A stretch of DNA of 64,000 nucleotides from an uncultured delta proteobacterium (GTDB taxonomy: Bacteria > Desulfobacterota > Binatia > Bin18). The notes below the pieces were generated by a model. The model made no database searches, had not been told where the DNA came from, and saw nothing but the letters and a program-made list of their open reading frames with translations. Below, piece after piece: positions 40,718 through 50,858 of this stretch. Position 1 is the first letter of the stretch; every line of letters begins with the position of its first letter. The stretch covers positions 128,001-192,000 of the forward strand of contig CAVTCR010000059.1 in NCBI GenBank assembly GCA_963733195.1, written 5' to 3'. Position numbers and translations under genes: made by a program.

Positions 40718-41341
40718 TCACTCGTCGTCTTCTGCAACGTGATCGCTTTCTCCCCCACGCAATGGACGAGGAGCAAAGTGTCCTTGGACTGACGCTGCAC
40801 TTGGCGGAGTCCACTGTTGGCCCTGGGCCGGGCTGGGTCGGGGAGCACCGTTGTGTCCGCGTGGGCGATTATGGCGTTGCTGTTGGTCATGCCGCCACGG
40901 CGGTTTTTGTCGCTGGTCTTGGTTTGGGGCCGGTTGCCGCAAGCGGTTCCCGATGAAGCCTACCCGTTCCTCGATGCGCTTCAGCGACGCAATGAGCGGG
41001 TTGAGATGTTCCATGAGACTACGCCGGATTAAATCGCCAACAATGGGGAGGACGGTGTCTGATTCAAGGTTTCCGTCTGGAGAGACTGTTGGTGTCGCAC
41101 TCTTCAAGCTTTGTATTTCTACAGTCAGAGAAGACAAACTCGCTGTGATTTTCTCTTCAAGGGCATTGAGACGTTCCGTGAGAAGCTGTAGTCCATCGAT
41201 ACTTGGTTCTGTTGCTGGAGGTAGCGGAGAATCCGTCGTCTCCTTTGTGGCGCGACTGCGAGGTTTGAGCGGAACAGCGGTAGTCCGCGTGGTGCTTGCC
41301 CGTTTGGTCGTCGTTGATGACGCTACTTTCGCCATGGACAT
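40718..41341 (-). CDS. Hypothetical protein (coiled coil with low-complexity tails)
   Basis: AAAGGA RBS; 207 aa. Confidence 0.65.
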   Translation of the reverse strand: MSMAKVASSTTTKRASTTRTTAVPLKPRSRATKETTDSPLPPATEPSIDGLQLLTERLNALEEKITASLSSLTVEIQSLKSATPTVSPDGNLESDTVLPIVGDLIRRSLMEHLNPLIASLKRIEERVGFIGNRLRQPAPNQDQRQKPPWRHDQQQRHNRPRGHNGAPRPSPAQGQQWTPPSAASVQGHFAPRPLRGGESDHVAEDDE

Positions 41342-41374
41342 CCTTTCTATGGGAGGTGCCTCGTTATGGAGAGG

Positions 41375-41587
41375 TCACAAGAGGTGTGTTGCATACTCCA
41401 GCAACTCCCCAAGTTTGCGAATCTTACTGGCTCGTGCTGCTTTTTCTTCGGTGGGAGCAGCAGTAAATTCTTCAAGATGGATCTTTAAGCTGTGCTCAAT
41501 TGCTTCGACACAGGTCTGAAGACACACTTGCTCACGTTGCCGCCGTCGAGCCCGGAGAATACTTTGTAAAGGGATAATTTCGGCCAT
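41375..41587 (-). CDS. Small hypothetical protein
   Basis: 70 aa, co-oriented between the methyltransferase and the 40718 ORF. Confidence 0.55.
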   Translation of the reverse strand: MAEIIPLQSILRARRRQREQVCLQTCVEAIEHSLKIHLEEFTAAPTEEKAARASKIRKLGELLEYATHLL

Positions 41588-41607
41588 GATGCGTCGCGAG
41601 CCTTACG

Positions 41608-42372
41608 TTATCCAAGGGGTTCGCTTGGAATTGCAGGCGGAGGGTCAACAAAACTCCAGCCACTGGTGGCGTACCATTCAATTTGTCGTGCCATGCCGAG
41701 GAGAATGCGGACATCGCGTTCCTCAAGTCCAGCACGTCCGAGAATACGACGGAAGGCGAACATGATGTGCTCGGGATTGTCTTTATGAAGGAACCCAACT
41801 TTCAACAATGCGTGTTTGAGCTTCTCGTACATCAGCTCTTGTCGTTCTGCAACTGCCAGCGGGCGTGGAGTGTCAATCTTGTCCTCCTGAGTTGCGAGAA
41901 ACACCTCATAACAACACAAGAGCACTGCTTGCGCGACATTGAGAGAGGGGTAGGTCGCATCTGTTGGAATCATCATCAGACGGTGACAATAGCGAAGTTC
42001 CTCGTTCGATAATCCACTGTCTTCGCAACCAAACACGAGCGCCACGCGGTTTGTGGTCGCCGTTGCGAGGATATGTGGAGCTAAGGTGCGAGGCGTCACA
42101 GTATCCTCACGATACAATCCTGAGCGACAGGTGGTGCCGATAACGAGACCACAACCAGTAATAGCTGCTTGTACAGAGGTGTGAATCTGCATATGGTCGA
42201 GAACGTCACGGGCATGGACTGCCATCATGTCTGCCTGTGCACGGTGCACAGGGGCTGGGTTAACCAAGGCCAGTTCATTGACAGAAAAGTTGCGCATTGC
42301 CCGAGCAACCGCACCGATATTTCCCGAATATTGCGGTCGTACAAGGACGATCCGCAGGTTCATGAAGTTCAT
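41608..42372 (-). CDS. SPOUT RNA methyltransferase, TrmJ/TrmH group
   Basis: IVLVRP..GNIGAVARAMRNF, VFGCEDSGLSNEEL, SLNVAQAV. Confidence 0.9.
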   Translation of the reverse strand: MNFMNLRIVLVRPQYSGNIGAVARAMRNFSVNELALVNPAPVHRAQADMMAVHARDVLDHMQIHTSVQAAITGCGLVIGTTCRSGLYREDTVTPRTLAPHILATATTNRVALVFGCEDSGLSNEELRYCHRLMMIPTDATYPSLNVAQAVLLCCYEVFLATQEDKIDTPRPLAVAERQELMYEKLKHALLKVGFLHKDNPEHIMFAFRRILGRAGLEERDVRILLGMARQIEWYATSGWSFVDPPPAIPSEPLG

Positions 42373-42477
42373 ACGCGCGTTCTGGTCGTTTCCCTCAAGC
42401 GTGGAGCCCGCAAGAACGGCTGATAAACATTTTCCTTCAGGGGCAGTCCGACAAAAAAGACTGCGCCTCAGTTGATA

Positions 42478-42834
42478 CTAGTGTTTACTGGCCGCAGTAG
42501 TCTGGGAGTTCGCTGTGCTCCGCCGTTCTCGGAGCCAGCGAATGATAGCTTCTCTTTGCACGAACGGCCCACGGCGACGGGTGTGGTCACTTTCCCGATA
42601 GACGATGTCCGCTTCGAGCAATTCTTCGAGATATCGATGGAGAGGATAGGCGCCACCCTCTTCCCCCATTTCCTGCAGCAATTTGCGCAAGCGGTCGAGC
42701 CACTCGCCGTCGAGCTGAAGCTCGACGCGCAGTGGTCGTCCAATAGCGAGGACTTTCGACCGGATGTTCTTTTCCATGTACTCACCATGCTGCACAGGCG
42801 AGCGTAGTATTTCCCGATTCCGTCTGCTTTGCAA
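42478..42834 (-). CDS. Hypothetical protein (start uncertain)
   Basis: Protein-like ORF (RVELQLDGEWLDRLRKLL..RYLEELLEADI). Confidence 0.45.
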   Translation of the reverse strand: MQSRRNREILRSPVQHGEYMEKNIRSKVLAIGRPLRVELQLDGEWLDRLRKLLQEMGEEGGAYPLHRYLEELLEADIVYRESDHTRRRGPFVQREAIIRWLRERRSTANSQTTAASKH

Positions 42835-42941
42835 GGCCGGGGACTCCTTTTGTTGGGTTTGCTTTTCTGCGTTGACCCATTGCTGGTCATCTACTAGAAC
42901 AGTTGAAGAAATAATCGCATGGTACCAGTGAATATCTTTTT

Positions 42942-43601
42942 ATGAAAATTGTTTCTTTTGGCGATGTGCATATGGCGATCGCGCAGATGAGTAAAATCGC
43001 GGTCGAACTCGCAAGTGCGGATCTCATTATTCTTTCGGGAGATCTCACAAACTTTGGCGGTCGCACTGATGCAGCGAGAGTCGTGTACGCTGCCAAGAGT
43101 TACTGCCCTCAGGTGCTTGCATTACCTGGGAATGTCGATCGGCCCGAGGTCATTGATTTTCTCCAAACTGAGCAAGTAAGTCTGCACCGTGAAAATCGCC
43201 GCCTGGATGAGTTGGCGATCTTTGGGTGTGGTGGGTCCAATCTCACGCCTTTTCACACGCCGTTAGAGTATGAGGATGGCGAACTTGGCGCGATTCTCGC
43301 AGACGCTTATGTGGGAGTGGCAGAGACTTTGGTTCAGCTGATGGTATGCCATACTCCTCCTCATGCAACAAAACTCGATCGTCTCACCAACGGTACTCCA
43401 GTTGGCAGTCAAGCAGTGCGACAGTTTATTGAACGACATCAACCGCAGGTCTGTATCACTGGACATATTCATGAGTCGCCAGGTATCGATCGTATCGGAC
43501 GCACGAAAATCCTCAATGCCGGTCCCTTCGCTGCCGGAGGCTACATCGTCGCATGGTGTAAAGATGGAACTCTCGACGCTGAGTTGAGGTTTACTTCATA
43601 G
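42942..43601 (+). CDS. Calcineurin-like metallophosphoesterase
   Basis: GDVH, GDLT, GNVD, HTPP, GHIHE. Confidence 0.92.
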   Translation: MKIVSFGDVHMAIAQMSKIAVELASADLIILSGDLTNFGGRTDAARVVYAAKSYCPQVLALPGNVDRPEVIDFLQTEQVSLHRENRRLDELAIFGCGGSNLTPFHTPLEYEDGELGAILADAYVGVAETLVQLMVCHTPPHATKLDRLTNGTPVGSQAVRQFIERHQPQVCITGHIHESPGIDRIGRTKILNAGPFAAGGYIVAWCKDGTLDAELRFTS

Positions 43602-43633
43602 CCACTAGACATACACAAGAACAGTCAGAACCA

Positions 43634-44686
43634 ATGGCTACCCTCCGTTCGAGTGCAACCGCACATCCACCGTACTGCTATGACCAAGCTGAGGTCATCG
43701 CTGCATTGCCGTTGTGGTTGAGTGTCGAGCGACGACTGTTGACACTTGCGCAGCGAGTGTTTGAAAACGCGGCGGTACAAACACGCTACGGCTGCCGACC
43801 ATTACTCGATTTGTCACAGCCACTGTCTGTGACTGAAACCAGCCAACTCTATCGACAGTATGCTTGTCAATTAGGAGAAGAAGTGGTCCGCGAGAGTTTG
43901 GCGCGTGTGAACGTTGCACCAGGGGAAGTGGACCTCGTCATTACGACCTCTTGCACCGGGTTCATGATTCCTTCGCTTGATGCCTACCTCGCCAATACTT
44001 TGGGCTTTTCAGCGCATGTGAAACGACTACCCGTGACCGAGCTTGGATGTGCGGCTGGTGGAGTAGCCCTCGCACGGGCCTTCGACTACCTCCAAGCGTT
44101 TCCACGTCACACTGTCCTGGTTGTAGCAGTAGAACTACCATCGCTGACTTTCCAGTTCCAAGACTTGTCCCATGCCAATGTGATATCGAGTGCTTTGTTT
44201 GGTGATGGTGCTGTAGCGGTCGTGTTGTCCGGTGAATTGCTGCCTGGACGGCCACGCATTCTTGCCACTGAGAGTACGCTCTTTCCACAGACGACTGGGG
44301 TAATGGGTTTCGACCTACGCGACTCCGGTTTTCATATCGTTCTTTCTGCCGAGATTCCCGAGCTTGTTTACGCTGAAGTCCCACAACTCGTTGCGCGCTT
44401 TCTCGGCACACAGGGGTTGACAGTTAGTGATATCTCGCATTTTCTTTTGCACCCAGGTGGGAGGCGTGTACTTGAGGGAATAGTTGAGTGCTTGGGGATT
44501 ACGTCAGAGCAAGCGACAGTGAGTACAACCATCCTGCGAGACCACGGTAATCTTTCTTCTGCGTCAGTACTGTATATTCTTGATCGCTTCCTGACGACAG
44601 AGCAAACGCAATCTGGCGACCTTGGATTACTGCTCGCGTTCGGTCCGGGGTTTAGTGCGGAGTCACTATTATTACGGTGGGAATAA
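43634..44686 (+). CDS. Type III polyketide synthase
   Basis: TSCTG, LGCAAG (Cys), LFGDGA, HPGG (His), HGNLSSAS (Asn), FGPG. Confidence 0.93.
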   Translation: MATLRSSATAHPPYCYDQAEVIAALPLWLSVERRLLTLAQRVFENAAVQTRYGCRPLLDLSQPLSVTETSQLYRQYACQLGEEVVRESLARVNVAPGEVDLVITTSCTGFMIPSLDAYLANTLGFSAHVKRLPVTELGCAAGGVALARAFDYLQAFPRHTVLVVAVELPSLTFQFQDLSHANVISSALFGDGAVAVVLSGELLPGRPRILATESTLFPQTTGVMGFDLRDSGFHIVLSAEIPELVYAEVPQLVARFLGTQGLTVSDISHFLLHPGGRRVLEGIVECLGITSEQATVSTTILRDHGNLSSASVLYILDRFLTTEQTQSGDLGLLLAFGPGFSAESLLLRWE

Positions 44687-44699
44687 AAGTTGACGATTT

Positions 44700-45383
44700 T
44701 TGCCACGAGAATATTTGATGAACCCAGGTGTAGTTCTTGATTACTGGTCTTCGCCCACTACCCAACTTGCAGGACCGGCCCTGATACTTCTTCCCTCTTC
44801 GTTCCTTCACTTGACTTCTCTTTGGTATCTGGTGCTTCTGGCTGGCTTTGCTGCCCTTCGCCTCGGCGAGCTCGTGTTCTCCACGCAGCATCAAGTACGT
44901 TTGTGCGCTGAAGGAGCCACCAAGCTTCGGGAGCCACTCTACCCGTTGATGATTACTATTCATTTTGGGCTCTTTGTTGGCAGCGCACTAGAAGTAATTC
45001 TGTATCATCGCCCGTTCATTCTGTGGATCGGGGGACCAATACTTGTCTTGCTCGCTTTTTGTCTCGTCGGGCGAATATGGGTGTGGCGGAGTCTAGGTGA
45101 ACAATGGAATGTGCAAATTATGACTACTTCACGTCCGATTGTTGACTCAGGCCCATATTGTTATGTCCGCCATCCTAACTACACGATCGTGATTGTAGAG
45201 ATGTTCGCGTTGCCACTCGTCCACAGTGCATATGTTACTGCACTGGTGTGTTCTGTGGTGAACGCCTTCGTATTACGGGAACGTATTCGGCATGAGGAAG
45301 CGGTACTGTTTGCCCGCCCTGAATATAGGGCAAAAATGGCCACGAAGCCACGCTTCCTCCCTCTTTTCATGCGAGCACGTTGA
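44700..45383 (+). CDS. Isoprenylcysteine carboxyl methyltransferase family protein (BpsB/SrsB-like)
   Basis: SLGEQWN, GPYCYVRHPNY, RIRHEEAVL; start may be 44718. Confidence 0.88.
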   Translation: MPREYLMNPGVVLDYWSSPTTQLAGPALILLPSSFLHLTSLWYLVLLAGFAALRLGELVFSTQHQVRLCAEGATKLREPLYPLMITIHFGLFVGSALEVILYHRPFILWIGGPILVLLAFCLVGRIWVWRSLGEQWNVQIMTTSRPIVDSGPYCYVRHPNYTIVIVEMFALPLVHSAYVTALVCSVVNAFVLRERIRHEEAVLFARPEYRAKMATKPRFLPLFMRAR

Positions 45384-46486
45384 TGTTCCTCCTCGCGTGC
45401 AAGAACCTTCTCGTTCATAGGAGTCGCTTCTTGCTGGCGATTGCTGGCATTAGTAGTGCCGTGATCTTGGTTCTCCTCCTGATGGGGCTGTACGACGGGT
45501 GGCGGGAGCACATGTCCGCCTACTTGAATCATGTGCACACAGATGTGTGGATTGGGCAGAAAGGTGCCTATGATCTCTTTCAGACCCTGTCATTGCTTCC
45601 GGCTGAGGGTGAGGACTTGTTACGGGAAGCTGATGGTGTCAAGAAAGTCTCGCCGTTCGTGGGTCGCTTGATGACGATTGAAGTGAGAGGACAGAAACGG
45701 CACAGCTTTATCGTCGGTGTCGCAGATACAGACAGTGGACCCGTAGAGCTTGTGAGCGGATCGGTTGCATTGCGCGACGGTGAGATCGTCATCGATGAGG
45801 TATTCGCCCGTAAAGAACGGCTGACCGTAGGTGACAATCTGACCATCAAAGATACTCCTTTCCGCATTATTGGTGTTGCTCGTGGAGGCAACTGTTTTCT
45901 TTATCAATATGCCTTTGTGACGCTCGCACAAGCGAAGCGACTGTTCAGTATGGATGGGCTGGTGAACTACTTCCTTGTGCAGCTTGCTCCAGATGTCCAA
46001 GTTGAGGAGGCAGTCGTTCAAATCGAAGAGACCTCACCTCTTGTTTCAGCGTTTCCAAAGGCACAGTTCACAGCGAACAATCTGTCACTCACCGGGGATA
46101 ATTTTCTCCCCATCCTCCGTGTGTTGGAGGTGATTGGCCTGTTAGTCGGAACGATCGTCATTGGACTGACTGTTTCAACCCTGACTGCAGAACGTAGCGC
46201 TGAATACGGTGTACTCAAGGCAATTGGAGCGTCGAACCGCACGTTGTATTGGACGGCCATGCAACAAGCATTAATTTGTGGTCTCTGCGGTTGGCTGATC
46301 GGTGTCCCGGCAAGTTGGGGAGTAATGGCGGCTGCGCAGTATTTCGTGCCACAATTTCCGGCTGTGACTTATTTACGTCACGCGTTATGGATGCTGGGAG
46401 GAACAATCGCCATGAGTCTGCTTGCGGCGATGTTTCCCATACGACGCATTGCACACATTGATCCGGTAGTGGCGTTTAAGGGATAA
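45383..46486 (+). CDS. MacB/FtsX-type ABC permease
   Basis: TGATG coupling; ERSAEYGVLKAIGAS, IDPVVAFK. Confidence 0.88.
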   Translation: MFLLACKNLLVHRSRFLLAIAGISSAVILVLLLMGLYDGWREHMSAYLNHVHTDVWIGQKGAYDLFQTLSLLPAEGEDLLREADGVKKVSPFVGRLMTIEVRGQKRHSFIVGVADTDSGPVELVSGSVALRDGEIVIDEVFARKERLTVGDNLTIKDTPFRIIGVARGGNCFLYQYAFVTLAQAKRLFSMDGLVNYFLVQLAPDVQVEEAVVQIEETSPLVSAFPKAQFTANNLSLTGDNFLPILRVLEVIGLLVGTIVIGLTVSTLTAERSAEYGVLKAIGASNRTLYWTAMQQALICGLCGWLIGVPASWGVMAAAQYFVPQFPAVTYLRHALWMLGGTIAMSLLAAMFPIRRIAHIDPVVAFKG

Positions 46487-46510
46487 AGCCTGAGCTACGA
46501 GAACCGAAGG

Positions 46511-47263
46511 ATGAGTCAGGAGAAACAAAGAAATGGAGGCAGAAGCACTCAGTCCTCAGTCCTGAGCCCTGAGCACTTACAACCTGTCATTCATCTTCAG
46601 AACGTCACTAAGATTTATGGTTCTGGTGAGACTGCTGTCATTGCTGTGAATGGAGTCAGTCTAAGCGTATCTGTTGGAGAATTGGTACTCATTCTTGGTC
46701 CATCGGGAGCGGGAAAAACGACGCTGCTTTCGCTCATCGGAGGATTACTACAGCCCACAACGGGAGTTATTCGGGTAGCAGGCAGCGACCTCAGCCAACT
46801 CTCTTCTACTGCACTTGCGGATTTTCGTTTGCGTCAGATCGGCTTTGTCTTTCAATTTTTTCAGCTGTTCTCTGCTCTCACTGCACGTGAAAATATCGAG
46901 ATGCCACTTCGGCTTGCTGGACATGTTGCACGAGAAGCGCGACAACAAGCTGAGGTTTTGTTGGCGCGTTTCGGTCTGAGCCAGCGATCGTCCCATCGCC
47001 CTCAAGATTTATCTGGGGGAGAAAAACAGCGGATCGCTCTGGCTCGTGCGCTAGCGTTGCGCCCCCCAGTGATTATTGCCGATGAGCCAACTGGAAGCCT
47101 GGACTCCCGCAACGGCGAAGAGGTTATTCGTTTTTTGCGACAATTAGTTGATGACGAACAGCGCACGGTACTAGTTGCAAGCCATGACCAGCGGCTTATG
47201 CAGGTGGCAACACGAATATTGCACTGCGAGGATGGTTGTCTCACTAGCGGCTACCGTGAGTAA
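46511..47263 (+). CDS. ABC transporter ATP-binding protein (LolD/MacB type)
   Basis: GPSGAGKT, LSGGEKQR, DEPTGSLD. Confidence 0.93.
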   Translation: MSQEKQRNGGRSTQSSVLSPEHLQPVIHLQNVTKIYGSGETAVIAVNGVSLSVSVGELVLILGPSGAGKTTLLSLIGGLLQPTTGVIRVAGSDLSQLSSTALADFRLRQIGFVFQFFQLFSALTARENIEMPLRLAGHVAREARQQAEVLLARFGLSQRSSHRPQDLSGGEKQRIALARALALRPPVIIADEPTGSLDSRNGEEVIRFLRQLVDDEQRTVLVASHDQRLMQVATRILHCEDGCLTSGYRE

Positions 47264-47548
47264 GATAGCTTGGTTGTCTCGCCTCCGAACTATAGTATTC
47301 TGGGCAGATCTTCTCTCGGACGATGACGTGTTTGCCGAAACGAGCCATCGTTTCCACATGCCCAACAGGGTTAGGACAGTACGCGCGTTTCTGCGAGTAC
47401 TGTCCTCGCCAGAAGACTGCACGCCTCTTATACACTTGGTGTGAGATGGACGGAGGCCAGAACAAACTGTTGTTCACCCTCTTTTCTCCATGCCACAGAA
47501 AGTGCTGAATCTCCACATATGAGGTCAGGGACTCCTGAGGGCAAGCCC

Positions 47549-47998
47549 TTATGGTGCGTATTGTTCCGGGAAGGGAAGAGAAGCTGGCAATATTTCCGGT
47601 AAAGGAAACGGCTGCTGCTCTTCCACTATCTGCGGGATTACATTGGCTACTGGCCTGCGTGGCATGGGAGTTGTAGAACGCCCCACCAGTGCACGCGACC
47701 AATCAATTTTGTCTGCTTCGGGTAGTTTGGCGATTAACACCTTGGAAACTTCCGACCAGACGCCGGCCTTTTGCCATTCATATAACCTTCGCCAACACGT
47801 CATACCAGAACCACACCCCATCTCGCGCGGTAATGCCTCCCAAGGAATGCCGCTTTTCAAAACAAAGAGAATACCCGTAAAGACTTTTCGGTTATCGACC
47901 GGTTTACGTCCGGGAAAGCTATATCTCCGTGGTTTCGGGGGAGGAAGCAACGCAGCAAGTTCTTCCCAGAGTTCGTTGCTTAACAGTGGTTTGGCCAT
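47549..47998 (-). mobile_element. IS5-family transposase N-terminal fragment (DUF4096), no DDE domain
   Basis: LWEELAALLP..GRKPVDNR..GILFVLKSGIPWEALPREMGCGSGMTCWRRL..W..GVW..IDWSRALV. Confidence 0.8.
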
Positions 47999-48141
47999 AG
48001 ACTCCTCTCTAACCAGGTCTTTACTATTGCTAAGACCTCGTTCTTAGATGAGAAGCATCGGTTGACTATGAGGGAACTTGAGCAAGAAGGAATCGATAGT
48101 CGTGGCGAGAGGAAGGACCTATAACATAAAGCCCGCTCCAC

Positions 48142-49011
48142 TCATTTTGTTATAATTTGATGATACTCCTCGGGTCGCCGGTCGGCGAGAAAATCCCACT
48201 GCTTTCTGAGTGCAGTGATGTCATCAAGGTCAATCGTTGTAACGATTAGTTCATCTCCCGTAGTTTGTGCTTTCGCGAGTATCTTGCCAGTCGGTGCGAT
48301 GATGGCACTCCCACCAATATACTCCGCTCCATCTTCGACGCCAGCTTTCCCAACCGCAATGACGAAAACCTGATTTTCCATTGCTCCTGCACGTAGGAGA
48401 ATCTCCGAAGTTTCTTGTCCCACTTCTCGCGGCTGGCGAAATGTTGGGGTGTTGTAGGGGACACAGAGGAGTTCTGCTCCCTGTAATGCCAAGGAGCGAT
48501 AACTTTCTGAGAAGCGGCGATCATAACAGATGCATGTACCGATCTGAGTTGTGGGAATCGCGACTACTGGAAATCCTAAATTCCCGCCAGAGAAATAGCG
48601 CTTCTCAAGAATGTTCAATCCTTCCCATTGTGGTTCGACCCAACCGGGAATGTGCATCTTCCGATACTTACCGAGGACGACCCCTTCGGGAGCGATCACC
48701 GCGGCGCTGTTATAATACTTACTACCGTCACGTTCAGCGTAAGGAAGCACGAAAAAAAGTCCAGCCTGGCGAGCTGTGTGAAAAAGAGGTTGCGTGACTG
48801 GCGAGGGAAGCGAATCCTCAAAAAACGCCTCGACCGAGGAGTGAACTTTCGTAGCAAAGTATGGTGTCAACGATAGTTCAGGAAAAACAAGCAAGGTGAC
48901 TCCTTGTTTTCCTGCTTCCTCCATCAGTTCTACCATACGACTAACTGTCTGTTCTTTACTGAGTGAGCTTGGACCTAATTGTGCGGCGGCAACATTGAGA
49001 AATCGTCCCAT
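48142..49011 (-). CDS. Carbon-nitrogen hydrolase (N-carbamoyl-amino acid amidohydrolase-like)
   Basis: FPELSLT, YRKMHIPG, CICYDRR (E-K-C triad), EKRYF. Confidence 0.9.
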   Translation of the reverse strand: MGRFLNVAAAQLGPSSLSKEQTVSRMVELMEEAGKQGVTLLVFPELSLTPYFATKVHSSVEAFFEDSLPSPVTQPLFHTARQAGLFFVLPYAERDGSKYYNSAAVIAPEGVVLGKYRKMHIPGWVEPQWEGLNILEKRYFSGGNLGFPVVAIPTTQIGTCICYDRRFSESYRSLALQGAELLCVPYNTPTFRQPREVGQETSEILLRAGAMENQVFVIAVGKAGVEDGAEYIGGSAIIAPTGKILAKAQTTGDELIVTTIDLDDITALRKQWDFLADRRPEEYHQIITK

Positions 49012-49149
49012 AAAGCTCCTCCCTTCTTGCTTGCCATTACCGCGAAATAGCGGCAGACGTCAACAGAAAAAGAGGCGTGACGTAGCTGAGGAGGACTCCG
49101 CGTTCCTCAGAGCAGTTTGGGTGAAGGCTGGAATGTGAGTGAGGGAAGC

Positions 49150-49644
49150 TTACCGAGCACTAGCCGCAAAGAAGATTTTTAGTGCCTTTACTCCGGCCAC
49201 TAAGGCAAAGACATAACGCATCCGAAACAGTCCATCTTCAACCTGAGACGCAACATCCTCTAAGGGGGAGGAATGTCGTGTAGGACTCGGTGGCACCTTG
49301 GTTGACCGTTCCACTGGAGGAGGTTCTAAGCGTTCCTTTACAGGAGCTGGATTTGGGGTCGCGGAGGCCTTCGCTGTTGCTACTGGTTTCTTCGCTTTCT
49401 TCCCGCCGTCAAGATCAGTAATTTTCACGATATCCTTCTTCTGAAAGGCAAATGAGCCAAGCGAAGTATGAACTCTTACGGTATCGCCATTCTCTTCATA
49501 ATTGGCGACCGTCATACGATGGCCGTCGGCAAATTCAATGATGAATTTCGCGTGTGCAGAGACTGGCAACAGAAAAAGCAACGCACTTAGCACGAATATG
49601 ATTCGTAGGGGGGAGGGGTGGCGCATAGCTATTCTCCGATTCAC
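49150..49644 (-). CDS. Exported hypothetical protein
   Basis: Signal peptide ending AHA, beta-rich domain, Pro-rich linker, hydrophobic C-terminus; start may be 49626. Confidence 0.6.
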   Translation of the reverse strand: MNRRIAMRHPSPLRIIFVLSALLFLLPVSAHAKFIIEFADGHRMTVANYEENGDTVRVHTSLGSFAFQKKDIVKITDLDGGKKAKKPVATAKASATPNPAPVKERLEPPPVERSTKVPPSPTRHSSPLEDVASQVEDGLFRMRYVFALVAGVKALKIFFAASAR

Positions 49645-49959
49645 GAAATATGACTCCTGATACCGGGAGTATCGGAACTGAGAATACGAATCTTTAATTC
49701 CACAAAAGCTATGTGATCAATGACAGAGAAATGGCATGGAAACGGGCAATTTGCGCTCTTTGTGTTATCTTGTGGATTTCCTTCGTTCGTAAGACATCGG
49801 AATTTCTTTCGTATGCTATTTTTTGTTCTTTCGTGTTTTATGAGGGAAAACAAGAAGACGGGCTGCCGTAGTTGACTATTCTCTTCTCTGATCGGATTGT
49901 TGCGGGCTTCCTTCTTCTGACATAAGAACAACCTACGAAGAAAGAAAGAGGGAGTCCTT

Positions 49960-50781
49960 ATGCCGCATGTGGATGATCGCGGAGTAAAGCTTTGGTATCG
50001 CGTCAAGGGCAATGGTGAACCACTTGTCTTGAGTGGTGGATTTGGGCTACTACACAATCAGTTTGATTATGTTGTGGACCTCTTGGCTGAGGAGTTTCAG
50101 GTCATTGATTGGCATTATCGCGGTGCTGGGGAGTCTGACCGCGCCTGGGTTGGCGGTTATCCGCTTGATCGTTGGGTGGATGACTTAGAAGTGATCCTTA
50201 ACTACCTCAACATCAAAGGAGTGCATCTATGGGGAACTTCGACAGGCGCGCCATTATCGATCCGTTATGCAGCTCGTTATCCGCAACGTGTCAAAAGCCT
50301 CATCACCTATCCGAGCTTCAAAGCCGGAATCGCTTCACGCAAGATGTTTCAGGTGTTTCTCGATATTACTGAGGTCTTTGGCTATGAAGCGTTAGCGCGT
50401 TTCACTGCGTGGATTGGTTGCGCAGACCAGAATGTGTTTTCACAGATTGGTAATGACATAGCAATTTTCGAGGCGGAGGCGTTCAAGCGCAATTTTTCGA
50501 TCGAATCATTGGCGAAGACGCTAGAAGTCTTCACGCAGATCGATCTCACCAGTGATTTAGAGAAGATCAAAGTGCCAACGCTGATTTTGCTAGGAGACTC
50601 CGGAAAGCTGGGAGGAAAAACGGCATCAATGATTGACGCGATTCGCGTCTTTCGTATGCATTGCCCGCATAGCCAGGTCGTGCAAATTCCCGACGGTGGT
50701 GGCACTTACTGCATGATTGAGAAACCGCAGGAGTCGGCACAAGCGGTGAGTACGTTTATTAAGAGTTTTTCGAAGACGTGA
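49960..50781 (+). CDS. Alpha/beta hydrolase-fold protein
   Basis: YRGAGES, GTSTG nucleophile elbow, IKVPTLIL. Confidence 0.85.
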   Translation: MPHVDDRGVKLWYRVKGNGEPLVLSGGFGLLHNQFDYVVDLLAEEFQVIDWHYRGAGESDRAWVGGYPLDRWVDDLEVILNYLNIKGVHLWGTSTGAPLSIRYAARYPQRVKSLITYPSFKAGIASRKMFQVFLDITEVFGYEALARFTAWIGCADQNVFSQIGNDIAIFEAEAFKRNFSIESLAKTLEVFTQIDLTSDLEKIKVPTLILLGDSGKLGGKTASMIDAIRVFRMHCPHSQVVQIPDGGGTYCMIEKPQESAQAVSTFIKSFSKT

Positions 50782-50858
50782 CGCGTGAAACGTAATGCAT
50801 GAAAAAAGAAGGTACGTTACGCTTTACGTTTCACGCGACAGGCTACACGCATCACGTT

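Noticed and set aside
47323-47508. Cys-rich 61-aa ORF as a RiPP precursor beside the ABC exporter
   Set aside because: No clear RBS, no leader features and no modifying enzymes nearby.
49641-50057. 138-aa minus-strand ORF across the AT-rich divergent spacer
   Set aside because: It overlaps the hydrolase antisense and its composition looks like promoter DNA.
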